Shown here piece by piece: positions 63,201-64,000 of a stretch of 64,000 nucleotides of DNA. The DNA lies in NCBI RefSeq assembly GCF_009914755.1, contig NC_060934.1; one strand, given 5' to 3'. The notes under the pieces are model-generated. The model saw nothing but the letters and a program-made list of their open reading frames with translations, was not told the origin of the DNA and searched no databases. Made by a program: the position numbers and the translations under genes. Within the stretch, counting starts at the first letter, position 1; each line of letters starts with the position of its first letter. The stretch comes from the human T2T-CHM13v2.0 reference genome, Homo sapiens.

Positions 63201-64000
63201 AGACCCATAAAACGATGCTGGGGTGGACAAGATCATTTCATTCAATGCTTACTTTCACCAATGAGGGAAAGGAGCCCCCGAGGGGAGATGCCTCAGGTCG
63301 TAAACCAAGCTGGGGTGAACTTGCAGGCTTCCAGACGTCTGGAATCCCCTGGCCCCATGCTCTTGCTGCCTCTAAGACAGGATTCCATTCATTTATTTTG
63401 TTTATCCCAGTGACCCAGGCAAAACCTCATCTGAGAGGCTTCTGTGCTGCGTCTGAATCCAGCTGGATCTTCCTGGTCGTCCTCCTGATCATTACTGAGG
63501 CAGGACTGAGCTGAAATATGATGGGGGAGGATTACAGGTTTGGCTCTAGGATTTTGTGAAAACACATGGAAGTAGCATATTAGTATTAGTCAAGGACTGA
63601 AAGAGCCTTTTTAAGAACTTGAGATAAATTTTAGCAAAATCAGGTTGCCCCGAGGAGCATTCAATGTACCGTGAGAGAGTCTGTCAAAAAATTACGTTTT
63701 TTTTCCCCTTGTTCAGTTTATTTAAATAGTAAAAACCTGGAGTCTGCATCGCTTGCAAACTTGCACCCTTGAAATGATGAGTCAGATCCTATGTATGGTG
63801 AGCCTGTGTTTTTCATTACGTTCCCTTACTCGTTAGGGTTTGCAGTTAGTCCACGTTACACGTTTCCTTCGTGTTTTTCTTGAACTTCATGAACTCTGGC
63901 GTTTCATTTCACGGATGTATATCCAAGGGAAAAGTAGCCTTCCTTTGATCTTCCTCAGGACCCCATTATGTTTAACCTAAGAAAGATTAGGGAGTTTTCA

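Overview
This is primate, almost certainly human, non-coding DNA (intergenic or deep intronic). I see no protein-coding exon of a functional gene. About 50 Alu elements cover roughly a quarter of the window, mixed with old L1M/L2/L3/MIR fragments, DNA-transposon MITEs (MER5A, Charlie4-like, MER63, MER44, MER30), ERV1 solo LTRs (MER51, MER4A x2, MER41 x2, MER34-like) and MaLR LTRs. The only gene-derived sequence is a full-length processed RPL17 pseudogene on the minus strand (47927-48555). Almost all other ORFs in the track are Alu or microsatellite artefacts. The most notable observations, all read directly from the sequence, are: (1) a young 5'-truncated L1PA carrying a 3' transduction inside a 15-bp TSD; (2) a 27-bp tailless tRNA-Ser(GCU) 5'-fragment retro-insertion with a 14-bp TSD; (3) a 254-bp ~98% identical inverted duplication; (4) a composite direct+inverted local duplication later hit by an AluY; (5) a 57-bp inverted MER4A terminus inserted into a MER4A LTR with a 4-bp TSD; (6) two inverted Alus sharing a private insertion; (7) an RPL17 retrocopy whose two lesions create a TAATG stop-start followed by an open 170-codon frame. 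I found no evidence for a new multi-gene system. Subfamily names come from recalled consensus motifs, and boundaries and identities were read by eye.
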